Below, one piece after another: positions 25,822 through 39,365 of a stretch of DNA of 64,000 bases. The position numbers and the translations under genes were made by a program. Numbering within the stretch: the first letter of the stretch is position 1; each line of letters begins with the position of its first letter. This DNA comes from Hydrolagus colliei (Eukaryota). Under the pieces are notes generated by a model that did no database searches, was not told the origin of the DNA, and worked only from the letters and a program-made list of their open reading frames with translations. Location: contig CM068744.1 in the NCBI GenBank assembly GCA_035084275.1, positions 71,114,001-71,178,000 of the forward strand. Direction: 5' to 3'.

Positions 25822-28093
25822 TCTGCCTTTGGTTTGGTCATATCGTATCTTTTTGTGTGCCAGAAAAATACATGAAGATAGCAGGAGCTACGAAAGAGAA
25901 AATTAACTGTTTTAGTAATGGAATGTACACTCTGCCTCCCCGGAGGGATGCAGTAGTGTTGTGTCCTGCACTGTGATCCATGAGTCACTCTGCTTCACTG
26001 GCTTGGAACCCACCAGCAGGTTCAGTTCAATGTCCTCATATTAATCTTTGCATCCTTCCATGGTCTCCTCCACATAACACATTTCATGTCCCTCCACCCA
26101 CCAGCTTCACTGTCACAGTATCAGTCCCCATTCCCTGGAACTCCATCCCCCAAACCCTTCAGTTTGTCCCTTACCTTTCGCCTTTCAAACTCCAGATAAA
26201 GGCTTTCCTCCTTCACTCCCATTCCGCTTTCATACTGAATATCTTGATGTAAATCAAGATTTGCATCAATAGTGTATCAATAATACATCAATGTCGTTAT
26301 TTTAACCCCGTGTCATGTGAATAATCACTCCCCCAAAAAAACAATAATAAAATTGGTCATTTCAATCCACAACTGTGTGTGGGACACTGCTGTGCGCAAT
26401 CGGCTGCCGCGATTCGCCCACAAATATGTACAGTCAAATCACTTTACAGTGTATTCTGTGAAGCGCTTTGGGACATTGATAAGATGTGGAAAGCACTATA
26501 CCAAATGCAAGAATTATTATTATTATTATTATGAATCACCACCATGTTTGGTGATTGTGTGGTTGGAACAAGGAGTTCCAAAGGGCGGGAGCAGAGAGGC
26601 TGAAAGCATTTGCACCGATGGTTGGGCAGGTCAGGGTAGGCCTGATGGGGTCATGACACATGGTGTCGTCCCCAAGCCTTGGCCCTTGTCTTCATGCACT
26701 TAATGTCTTTCAGATTTGCAAGACAATAAAATATTGCAATTATCAAGCAGCTTTCTTGTCCGAAGGATGTCCCCAGGTGCTGAATATGTCAGAGTATTTT
26801 CCAAGCTGGGTGGAGACTGGGCATTGAACAGCAAGTCCTTGATTCAGCCTTTGAAAGAAGAAGTTGAAGGAGCAAGCTGAAGGGACTTTGGGATGGACTG
26901 CAGATAATGTGGACAGATACCACACACAGAGAGACATACATGATAACAATAATAATCTTTGCATTTGATAACAGTAATCTCTCAATAATAATCTTTGCCT
27001 GATCACATCATCACACTGTATCAAAGCACATCACAGAATATATTTTAGAGTGAATTGACTGTATATTTGTTGCATGAAACCGAGAAAGATTCACACATAC
27101 CCATAGAGAAGCACAAGCATACTCAGCGAGAAAGAGAGACAAATAATCACATGTAGAGGCACATACTTACAGATACAGAGAGACAAACAAGCAAGCACAT
27201 TCATACACACACACACACACACATACATACATACATAGATACAAAGAGAGACACAGACAGAGAGATATCAGATAGTCTTGAGGCCAATACTTGAGGCAGA
27301 GGGTTAGTGGGACATAAGCAGCCCACAGACATGGGGCCTATTGGGGCTAGAGGCAGGGCAGAGGGAGGAGAATGGGCAGGGTACTCATTGTGTAGGTGCC
27401 CAACATGGGAAACGACACCAAGCAGCCTGCAAGGGACAGACAGGGGAGGGGAAGGAGGCAGATACTATAGACAAACGACACCATACTACAGCAACAACAA
27501 AATTACATTTGTTTAGAGCCTTTGACATCGGGAGGACTTCCCAAGGCACTGAACAGTCAACATTTCACACCAGAGCTAGGGTTGTGATCAGGGAGCGTAG
27601 AGGGAAGGGAGGGGAAGTGTGGTGACCAATGGTACGGTCAAAGAGGTGGGTCTTGAAGCGGGTCTTGATGGTGGAGGAGACGAGGCTGAGGGATTGCGGG
27701 ATGGAATTCCAAAGTTGGGGGCTGATTGGCTGAAGGCTTGCCCGTCAATGGTGGGGCATGTGGGTCAGGGGACAAGGAGCAGACTGGAGTCCGCTGAGCA
27801 CAGGGAGTGGACACGTTGGTAGCGGGTTTACTTCATTGTAGAAACTATTAGATGCGGGTTGGCAAGTACCAAGGTTTGGAGGCAGAGTGGGCGTTGGGGT
27901 AACTGCTGGCACGCAGATACCCAGAGGGAATCATGACATACTCAGCGAGAGAAACAGATAAACACTCATCCATAGAGGGACACATTTACTGGCAAATGCA
28001 GGCATAACAACAACAACAATTAAATTAGCTATGCACCCAAAAGTTGGTATGGACTGAGGGAATATGAATAACCCTGAATACTGGGAGAATCTC

Positions 28094-31000
28094 GGAAGGT
28101 GTGTTGCCTACCAGGTGCCAGGGTTGAAGACTTGACTGAGCGGGTCCAGGAAATTCTGCTAGGGGAAGGGGAAAATCCACTTGTGGTGGTCCATGTTGGG
28201 ACCCATGAAGTTGAGAGGAAAAGACCTGAGATGCTCCAGGGAGAGTACCAGAGACTAGGGAGTAAACTAAAAAGTGGAACTTCGAGAGTGGTGATCTCTG
28301 GGTTGCTTCCAGTGCCTCGAGCAAGCCAGTTCCAGAATGCTAGAATAAGGCACATCAATGCATGGCTGGAGAAGTGGTGTAGGAAGGAGGGTTTCTGGTT
28401 CCTAGACCATTGGGACCAATTCTGGGGTAGGTGGAACCTGTACAAAATGGATGGGTTACACCTGAACAGGGCTGGAACCAATCTCCTTGCAGGGAGGTTG
28501 TTGAGTTTTGTGGGGGGGGCTTTAAACTAATCCCGGGGGGTGAGGGTGGGAAACTGATCAGTAGTTCAAATACGGGAGGGGTAATAAAGAGGACAGGGCT
28601 AAAGGTAAGATGGGAGAAAAATGCAGAGGAAGTAATTTGTGCCTTAGAGTGCATGTATGTAAATGCACGAAGTTTGAGAAATAAAATTGGTGAGCTGCAG
28701 GCTCAGGTTGCTGCGAGGCGATATGATGTTATAGCAGTAACAGAGACTTGGCTCCAGCATGGGCAGGAATGGGAGTTGAACATTCCTGGTTATAATGTAT
28801 TCAGGAGGGATAGAGAGGGGAGAAAAGGGGGCGGGGTGGCAATTTTTGTTAAGGACTCAGTGACTGCCTTATAAAGGAACAAGGTGGAAGAAGGACTAAA
28901 AACCGAATCTATCTGGTTAGAATTGAGGAATAAAAAAGGTGCAGTTACACTGTTAGGGGTATACTATAGACCACCAAATAGTGGGGAGGAGATAGACAAA
29001 CAGATCTGCAAGCGTATCACGGAGAAATGCAGAACTAATAGAGTAGTGATAATGGGTGACTTCAACTATCCCAACATAGACTGGCAGAATAGTAGAGTAA
29101 AGGGCAAGGAGGGAGAAGAATTCCTGAAGTGTGTGCAGGACAACTTTCTTGATCAGTATGTTTCCAGTCCAACGAGGAAAGAAGCATTGCTGGATCTAGT
29201 TTTGGGAAATGAGGTAGGGCAAGTTCAACAGGTTTCTGTAGGTGAGCATCTAGGGAATAGTGACCACAATATCGTTAGATTCAGAATAATTATGGAAAGG
29301 GATAAGGAACGATCACAGGTGAGGACACTCAACTGGAAAAGGGCTAATTTCAATGAGTTGAGATGGGACCTAGCCAAGGTGGATTGGAAAGAAAAATTGG
29401 CAGGTAAGACAACTAACGAGCAGTGGGCAGCGTTCAAAGAGGAGATAGTTCAGGCACAGGTCAAAAGCATGCCCACAAAGGTGAAATGTAAGGCATCCAA
29501 ACCTCCCTGGATGACTAAGGAAATCGGGGCCAAAATCAAACAAAAAAAGAGGCTTATGATAAGCGACAGACTCAAAATTCAGAAGGGAACAAAGCAGAAT
29601 ATAGGAAGTGTAGGATAGAACTAAAAAAGGAAGTTAGAGGGGCAAAGAGACTGCATGAAAAACAATTAGCGAGTAAGATTAAGGGGAACCCTAAGGTTTT
29701 TTACCAACATATTAAGAGTAAAAGGTTGGTCAAGGAGAGGGTGGGGCCAATTAGGGACCTAGGAGGAAATCTCATTGTGGAGGCAGAGGGCATGGCTGAT
29801 GTACTGAATGAGTACTTCGCCTCTGTCTTCACAAAAGAAAAGGATACAGCCAATGCCATGGTATTAGAGGAGAGGGTAGGAGAAATGGATAGAATAATTA
29901 TAACCAGAGAGGAAGTGCTAAAAAGGTTGACGTCGCTCAAGGTGGATAAGTCACCTGGTCCGGATGGGATGCACCCTAGGTTACTAAGTGAGGCACGGGA
30001 GCAAATAGCAGGGACTCTGGCCACGATCTTTCAATCTTCCTTGGACACAGGGGTCGTGCCAGAGGACTGGAGGATAGCTAATGTTACTCCCTTGTACAAA
30101 AAGGGGCAGAAGGACAAGCCTGGTAACTACAGACCAGTCAGTCTAACGTCGGTAGTGGGCAAACTTCTAGAGTCCATAATCAGGGACAAGGTAGATCTTC
30201 ACTTAGAAAGATATAGGCTAATAAAGGACAGTCAACATGGATTTGTTAAAGGCAAATCTTGCCTTACAAATCTGATAGAATTTTTTGATGAGGTAACGGA
30301 ATGGGTGGATAATGGTAGATGGTTGATGTAGTTTACATGGACTTTCAAAAGGCATTTGACAAAGTGCCACATGAGAGACTTATTATGAAATTAAAGGCCC
30401 ATGGCATAAAAGGGACAGTGGCAGCGTGGATCCACAACTGGCTGCGAGACAGAGAGCAGAGAGTTGTAGTGAGCGGCTGTTTTTCAGATTGGAGGGAAGT
30501 GAGCAGTGGTGTGCCACAGGGATCGGTTTTGGGACCATTGCTGTTTGTAATCTACATCAATGATCTGGACTTGGGTGTACGGAGTACGGTTTCCAAGTTT
30601 GCAGATGACACTAAGTTAGGGAGAATAGTAAACAGTGATGAGGATAGTAGCCATCTGCAAGAGGATATAGACAAATTGGTAAAGTGGGCAGACACATGGC
30701 AGATGAAGTTTAATGCAGAGAAGTGTGAGGTGATGCATTTTGGGAGAAGAAATGAAGGGAGGCAATATAGGCTAGATAGTACAATTTTAAATGGTGTAAA
30801 GGAACAGAGAGACCTGGGGATTTGTGTTAGTGACTCGTTGAAGGTGGCAGGACAGGTAGACAAGGCTGTTTAGAAGGCATATGGGATACTAGGCTTTATA
30901 AATAGGGGTATAGAGTACAAAAGTCAGGAAGTGCTGACTAACCTCTATAGGACTTTGGTGAGGCCTCAGCTGGAATACTGTGTTCAATTCTGGTCACCAC

Positions 31001-31519
31001 ACTACAGAAAGGATGTGAAGGCATTGGAAAGGGTACAAAGAAGATTTACTAGGATGGTGCCAGGATTGAGGGACTTCAGCTATGAGGAGAGGCTAGATAG
31101 GCTAGGGTTATTCTCTCTGGAGCAGAGAAGATTGAGGGGCGACCTAATAGAGGTTTATAAGATCATGAGGGGTTTCGACAGGGCAAATAGAGAAAAACTA
31201 TTTCCACTCGTGGGTGAATCTGTGACTCATGGTCACAGATTTAAAATAGTTTCAAGGCGCAGTAGAGGGGAGCTGAGGAGAAATTTTTTCACTCAGCGAG
31301 TTGTTCGAATCTGGAATGCATTGCCTGAAAAGGTGGTGGAGGCTGATTCGATAACAACTTTTAAAAGGGAATTAGATCTTTATTTAGGGAGAACGGGTCT
31401 ATTAGGCTATGGGGAGCGGGCAGGGCAGTGGGATTCAATCGCTCTTTTCAAAGAGCCGGCACAGACTAGATGGGCCGAATGGCCTCCTTTTGTGCCGTAA
31501 AATTCTATGATTCTATGAT
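28094..31519 (+). mobile_element. Duplicated copy of the same CR1 insertion
   Basis: Same junctions, TSD and disabling mutations as 9212-12637. Confidence 0.96.
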
Positions 31520-34500
31520 AATCTCCCTTCTCTTTGTGGGATAGGGGATAAACACAGCCTATAAGCATCTGAAACAGGAAAAGCAGGTGAGGGTGTGTGG
31601 CTCATGTTAACGAGTTTGACATTGGCACCAATGCTGTGCTGACTGCTCCACCTGAGCAAGTTTCTGTCCATGTTTTGGGAGAAGTGAGTATTACATTCAA
31701 AGATTTGAATGTCTGTAAGGTAACAGCAAAGGTGAGACGCACCCTACAACCATCAAGGACATCTGAAATGAAATAGTTGTTGTGCATGAGATCTGTAAAT
31801 CTTGGGAGTCATAACTCAGGAAGGACTGATGAATAACAAACGTTATCCAATTAATCTGCTAATTATACATCACTTTGACTGAAATTTGTCCCGATGAAGG
31901 TTAAACTTGTGGCATACGTGGAGCTCCTGTGGATCAGTGGTTAGAGTACTTGTCTTGCAAGCTGGGGAGACCAAGCTGGGGAGACCTGAGTTCAAATCCA
32001 GGCAGGTCAGGGCGAAACCTTGGGCAAGTTTCCTTACTCCACATGCCTAATAATAATCCCTCAAAAAAAAACCACAATAATAAAATTGGTCATTTCAATC
32101 CACGACTGTGTGTGGGACACTGCTGTGCGCAATTGGCTGCCGCGATTCACCCACAAATATATACAGTCAATTCACTTCACAGTATATTCTGTGAAGCGCT
32201 TTGGGACGTTGATAAGATGTGGAAAGCGCTATATCAAATGCAAGGATTATTATGATACGCGACTTGCATCCACAGAGTTCTTCTTCATGGTTCAGTGTTC
32301 CTCAGCATGCAATAGGGAAACGTTTCGGAGCATTTTCCCTCTGAGATGCTATTGATAATATCCCGCACATACGTTCCATACCTAATGGATAATAATAAGG
32401 TAAAGACAAGGGAAGGAATGGGTATCCGCCAGAGAATATGACAAGTTGAGAGAGAGAGAGAGAGAGAGAGCGAAAGAGCCAATACAATGTCCTTTGGAAA
32501 AAAAAATATAGTAACTGTAATCAATGTCCTCGCCTTTTCGTTCAACACCTCTCCCTTCTGTTCCACCCACACCATCTGTAACCCTGACATTACGTTCTCA
32601 GATTTATTGTGACAGAGCTTACACAAGATCAAGCCAGGATTTGATTGTATGTTCTTAGTTTTTAGTATTCTTGAGCTCAGTGTAAGGTTCTGGATGATAT
32701 TTGATTGATCGGTCGGTCGGTCGGTCGGTCGATTATTGATCATCAGCAATGAGCAGGACAGACTAAAAGTTCAATAACAAGTTTATTGCATTAGTAATAA
32801 GGACATAAACACAAATACAACAAAATAAACAAACATATAGACTCTTCAGATTAATGATAATTTATCCACTCCGAGCACTTGTACTGCCCACCCCACAATG
32901 TATGTATGTGTGAGTATCAAGTAGACTACCGGGTTCTGACGAAGAGTTGTAGACCCGAAACGTTGACTCCTTTACCTTTCTCCATGGACGCTGACCTGAC
33001 CTGCTAAGTTTCCCCAGCAACTTTTGTTTTTCTGTTAGTGGACGACCGGGTCCTGGGTGTCTCACAAAACACCTCCTCAAGGTCCAGTTCCACTCTGTTG
33101 ATAGATCTCCTTACTCTTTTCTATGCCCCATTTGCCTTTTCCTTGACTTCGGTATGTCTCTCTTTCGCTCTTTCACTCTCTCTCTCTCTATCTCACAAGT
33201 CAGGCTCTGACTTGGGTTCGTTGATGGGTTGATGGTCTGCTTGACGGTCAATATAGGCTTCTCTCTTGCTGTTTCTCTCTCTCTCATTTTTACCAATTAA
33301 AGCATTATCTCTATTATCCAGGCTATCACACAACAGCTGGACTCTCAGGAGCACAAGTCTTTGATATTCTGGCTTTTGGTGTCGGCTAACTACACGATCC
33401 ACAAACAACCAGACCTATCCTCTTCTGACTGTTGGCTTGCTGATTCACTGTGTACTGTCCTCCTGCTAGCCTGACCTCTAACTCCCCTGCTGGTTCTCTT
33501 TCGGTCTTTCCTTGATTGAGGAAAAGACTATCTTGTCAATGATTGAAATTATGCTTTCTGTGTCGCTTCTCTGTGTCTTGTGTTGCTTCCTGTGTTGCTT
33601 CTCTTGTGTCTTGTGTCTTTACCCTCAACCTTCCTATTTTTATGCAGCTTTTGCAATTGGAACTGGCCATGAACCCCCTAAGAATCCATTGATTGACCTT
33701 TGTCCAACTAACTGCCAAACTCTTTGATCAAGTTTAAAGACATGCGTCTTTCTTAGCTTTTGTCCCTTAGATCTCCATCAACCCTTTGTACCTTACCCCC
33801 ATCACAGCCTTGTCCTCCATATCAGTGGTTGTGCACTTCCTCCATATCAATGGTTCTGGACACTCTAATTACCTTGTCTACCATATTGTCTTTCATGGCA
33901 TGCTGTCCCTTATTCCACTGCCCTCTGCCTTCCCTCCTTATCTTATTTTCCAGAGGTGTCTTATCTCACGACTTTTCCAGACCTTGAGGAGACGTGTTTT
34001 TTGCAGAAATCTACATCAGTGACGATAGCACGTCCCTCACAAATGAGAGATCTGGTTTCAACTTCCAGCAAGGCAAAACTTTCGGCAAGTTTCCTTACTT
34101 TGCATGCCTCAACGTTAAAAAAAATCATAAATTTGCCACTTCAATCCACGACTGTTTGTGAGATGCTGCTATGCACAATTGGCAGCCGCATTTCTCCCAC
34201 AAATTTAGGCAATTTACTTTACGGTATATTCTGTGAAGCATAAAATAAAATTATTATTGCAAATTTCCATGTTATTTTAAGACTTAATAGGGGATTTGAC
34301 AGTGGTGAGGGAGAAAGCAAGCAGTGAACTGTGGGAAGGAGTTCCAGAGAACAGATCAGATTGACTAAAACCTCACTCATCAATGGAGGGGCAGATGAGG
34401 CAGGGGTCGTGAAAGAGGTCTGTATTGGCTGAACAAATGGAGTAGCTGTGGTGACAGAGATGATGCAGGTTATGCAGTAAGGATGGGGCAAGGCTGAGGT

Positions 34501-36392
34501 CGTGGAGGGATTTTGTTGTGATGGTGAGGACCCATAACTGACCACTGACAGTTCAGTGCCTTTGGAAATCCTCCCGACATCTTCTCAATGTGAAAGGTGC
34601 TCTACAATGTAATTTTGTTGATGTTGTTGTTGAAAATCTCAAATTCCATTCAGTTAACCTGACAAAGGAAATGCAGGTGAGGGAGTGTGGCTCATGATAG
34701 TTTGACATTGGCAGAAATGCTGTGCTGAATGTTCTACTAGAGCAAGTTTGTCCGTGTTTGGGGGATGGGTTGATTGGCTCAGAAAGCCTATTGAGAGAGT
34801 TGGTACAAGCTCCAGTATTCTGGATGGCTTTTACTTTGAGTAAGGAGATGCTGGGAAGTCCAGTGAGTGAGCTGGATGTGAATAAACAGAGAATTCTTTC
34901 AGTATGGAGGATTTTCATGTACACTATTTAGACTGAGATCTGTCCACAGTGTTGCATATTGCTGTCATGCTGTGTTGTTCAGGGAATGAAGAGACTATTA
35001 GTGAACAGCTCCCAGAAGGTGGGTTCCCTGAAGCTGGTTGTGGTGATGCAGGAAGAGACGTGACGGGATCTCAACACATCATAGAAATAATCATAAAAAG
35101 TTACTTACAACCAAGAGATAATCACTGTAGAGTCTATTCTCGGAATTCCTTGTTATTCCCCAAAGCAGTTCACTATCTCTCTGCAATTCCTCCCTCCAGG
35201 GGCTGCAGATAATCCAGAACTCTGTGGCCTTTGTCCCCTACCATTCCAAACTCCATGACCCCATCTCCCCCATCCTCGGCCGATTCCATTGTCTCCCCAT
35301 CATCCAGAGGATCCGATTCCTGGCCCTCATATTTAAAGCCCTCCACAAACTTGCCCCCACCCTACATCCATGACCTTCTTTTCCCCTTAACAACCTGCCC
35401 ACCTCTCCGCTCAGCAGGCTCTGGCTTGCCCCACATTCCCCAACTCACCCATCCTACCTTTGCCGGGTGAGGCTTCAGCCACTCTGCCCCCAACCTCTAG
35501 AAATCCATCCTGCAGTCCCTCCATCTCGCCCCCTTCCTGGCCCCTTTCAAGTCTCGCCTCAAGCTTCTCGTGTTCGATGGATCCATCGGCAACTCCTAAT
35601 CCCCCCTTCCGTTCGTCCCATGTACTCAGCTCACGTCTGAAGCACTGACTGTCCAGCACTTTGGAATACCCTTCTGATAACAGGGTTATTCCCCAGTAGG
35701 AAAATGACATACAACTAGAAGGTGGTTTGATGCAACACCCTTTTATTTCATTGTAAGAATATATTCCCAGCAGTTTGGAAAACATAGGCAGAAACAATCA
35801 ATATCTTTGATTCCAGCAAAAGAAAAATGTGTTTGGAGAGAACTTTTTAATAGGAGCACACAATACAATAGATTCTATTTTTAATCATAGACTTGGAATC
35901 CATTTGAGATACGTCACTTTCGGAAAGATGTACTGATGTTGAAGTGTAGTGCTGTTCAGATACAGCCAAATGGTACCTTGTCAGAAGGCATCAAATTACG
36001 GGGACTGGTTGGGCCAATTTATACTTTATCACTTCAGATGACAAAAGTTGAGCAGAAATTGTTTGAGAAGTTTAAAATACTTAAGATAATTTAGAACATT
36101 CTTTATGAATGTGACAAACTGTCAAATTCTGGGTGTTCTAAATGCTAAGCAAATTGAGTAACCCAACACCCAGTGAAATGTGTATCCCAATGTTTCCCGA
36201 TTGTGTGGTTGGAAACCAAGTGGTGATCAAATGATTTAATCTGTGAAGTGACTGATACATCTATTGAGAAAGACAGGTCGAATATTTAATGCTCCATTGA
36301 CAGAATTAGTGTAAGTTACTAACTAAAGTGGCAGAACAGATTGAAGCATATCCTACAATTTTATACATGCAAGGTAGAAGAATCTTCAGAGT

Positions 36393-39268
36393 TTACTTTT
36401 TAAAGAAGGCAATTTCTGTCATTCCAAGTTGTTCATTCAAACACAGTACATAGACTAGCTTCCTAAAGGATCGATTGTCGGCTTCCAAGTCACTTGCAAA
36501 CTCTTTAAATTTGTCTTCAAGTTCAGCATTTGTGAACATCTGATGGTAAAGCCTATAACAAAAAAAATGAAGAGACATTTCAACATTTTTCTTCCCATCG
36601 CTGTTCTTGTAATATTCCGTGACTGCTGGTAAGAAGCAGCAGCATGAGTGATAGATGGTTTGTACTGATGTAGCTGAACTGAGCTGCAACATTAGAGATG
36701 GTGTATACAATAATTCTCAGTACAGTGTGGCTATAGAACGTGAAACAAACCAATGGTCCTGCTTCTAATCACAATCCTGGATGTGTGAATATGCAACATG
36801 TATAGTTGTACCTACGTGTTGGAAAAGCTTAGCCTTGCTCTCTCTTTCTCACTCTGCTTTCAAAACTTCTTAAACTAAAGTACTACTGTATTTTTAAAAA
36901 TACGTTTTATTTATTCCATCACCTTCCACTAACTCATGTCCCTTCATCCTCCACGAGTCTGCCATCCAGCTCCCAATTTTTCTCCATGAAAAACATTAGG
37001 ACATTCTCCAGAGTTAAAAATTCTGTAGATGTGCAGAATGTTGTTGCTGGTTGATAAGATAGCAACAGCGTAGACTGGGCTGTTTTGTCAAGATATTAAT
37101 ACTGTATAATCATGCAGATCACTCCTGGCCTCAAACAGACTAACCTTGCATAAAGAACTAAAGGAGGCTGGTTGAGTAGGTGAACTTTGGCATTAGTTGG
37201 TTTGGGTGCATCAACGTTAGAAGGATCGAGAAAGAGACTGACAGAGAACCCCGTTGCAGTGCGATCCTTATTAGGCCATTCCATAACTACGGTAGGTAGA
37301 TAGAGAGGAAATGCTATACCTGAAAAATAAAGCAAAACATTTACATATGTTTATTGCTCATCAACTAAGGATGCACTCACTGGTTCGGTCCTTTACAATA
37401 TAGTACAAATAAAGTAAAACAACAATAAGGTAAGGTAATAAAAATAGTAATCCTTGCATTTGATGTAGCGCTCCTCATGTCTTCTCAACATCTCAAAACG
37501 CTTCACAGAATATACAGTTTAGTGAATTGACTATATATGTAAGCTAAACACACACATGAGATATAAGGCAATATAAGGTATAGCAAAGAGTATTAGAGGG
37601 TATGGGAGAGGGAATGAAAAGATGTGGGATCGGTAATTAGGGGGGTGGTGACTCGGGTGATACATGAACCGTGTGTCCATTCAAACATGCTTTTGAGCTC
37701 CTGAAGACAAGCGAAATAGAGGTATTCTTCATCCTGTTTGTGAAGTTCAGGACTATGGCGATGAAGTACGAAAATTTATTTGATTTAATGTTTATTACTG
37801 ATGTTTTCCCAAAAGGGCAATGACCAGGAAAGAGATGCTTCACACTTTCTTATTACATCGGAGGAACATTTACTCTTACCAGCATCATTGGCACCTTCTG
37901 CATATTCCACAAGTAGTTTCTGTCCAGCATGAGCTGCACTCAACAAATCCGGTTGTTTAACACGTGTTGCGACAAGCTTGAGTGCGGGAAATTCTTGCTC
38001 TTTATAAGTCTGAGGTAACAAGAATAGATGTTGTTCAGATTGCATCACTAAAAACAACAAGGTTTTGGCACACATCAAGTCCTCTTACACACGATGGCAC
38101 AATTGTGATACTCACTGAATATGAAACTCAATGTCAGTCAGAATAAGAATCTTTGCAGTTAATATGCTGCCGTATTTTTTGTTGAAACACCTCCAAGTGC
38201 ATCTTAGAATATACTGTAGATTTGGGTGACTGTGTGTATTTTGTGGACAAATGAAGCAGCAAATTTGTTCACAATGAGTGACCAATTGTATTTGGGCGGC
38301 TGTTACTCAAGACACCAGGAGTATTTTGTTCTATTTTTGAATAGCACCATGGGATCTACTAAGATTTATTGTCCATCTGGACACACATATAGTACCATGG
38401 TTTAAAATCTCATTTGAATGATTGTGCCTTCCACATTTCAGGACCCCTCCTCTCCCCACAGCACGACACTGAAGCATCAGTAAAGACTATATATGTTTCA
38501 AGTCCGAGCTTTGGGCTTTACCCTTCTTAATCAGAGACAAGAGTGTCAGCAACTGAACCATTCTTACTTAAAAGTCATAGTACTTTTTTCTGTTTCAATT
38601 GATAGTGTATCTAATGGATGCTTAATTGGTTAGCTTTCCACCAACCAAATGATCACCTCAGGCACAGGACAGATAATATGTCTTTGATCAATGTTGAAAT
38701 GCTATTTCAGAAGTATTCATAATCTACTTTAAGTATGATTGAAATATATTCACATAGAAAAAAACATGGTAGTATTTCTGGTTGAGTCTGGTAGTATAGT
38801 AGTTGAGAGAGGAGGGAATGACAGTTTTGAAAATATGGAGGGAGAAATCAGTAGGGGTCGGAGTGTGCGGTCAAGATGGAGAACGGACCTTGTCTATTTT
38901 GGACTCAAAGAAATCTAGCATGTCCTCACAGTCAGAGTTTGTGGAGAGAAAGAATGGGCGAGGCATAGAAGGGTGAATTGAAGAGCCGGTTGGTTGTATA
39001 GAATAGGAATGAAAGGAGGAATGTTAGAGTGAGGGGAATGAGCCATAGAAGTGAGGGGTAGATCATGACATCCTCCTAAGGGAAACATGCAATATCAAAT
39101 GCAAGGATTATTATAATAAATTATTATTTTACTTACATCATACTTTTTGACCACATCAGGTGTAGGGCAGTAATTTTCTTTGCAGTGTTCTTTCTGAAGA
39201 TTATATGCTCCTGTTCCTCCAATTTGAAGCCCCAAAAGAACAGAAATAAGGAAGCAAGGTCTCAACAT
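36393..39268 (-). CDS. Intact 4-exon secreted SOUL/HEBP2-like gene (copy C). Exons: 39137-39268, 37880-38009, 37145-37319, 36393-36552
   Basis: Same splice sites and reading frame as copy B. The protein differs from B by E47K and I93L. Confidence 0.85.
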
Positions 39269-39358
39269 AGTGACTCGATCTCCGATCACCGCTGAAAGCA
39301 GCAAGTATCTATTTGTACCGTTAGGTGGATCTGTCCTGTAATTGGAACCTTTTTCTAC

Positions 39359-39365
39359 TTTTATA
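39359..39365 (-). promoter_or_regulatory. TATA box of SOUL-like copy C
   Basis: Same motif and spacing relative to ATG 39268. Confidence 0.55.

Larger units (their letters stand above)
18877..37758. repeat. Tandem segmental duplication, unit 2
   Basis: About ten differences from unit 1 seen by eye. Confidence 0.97.
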
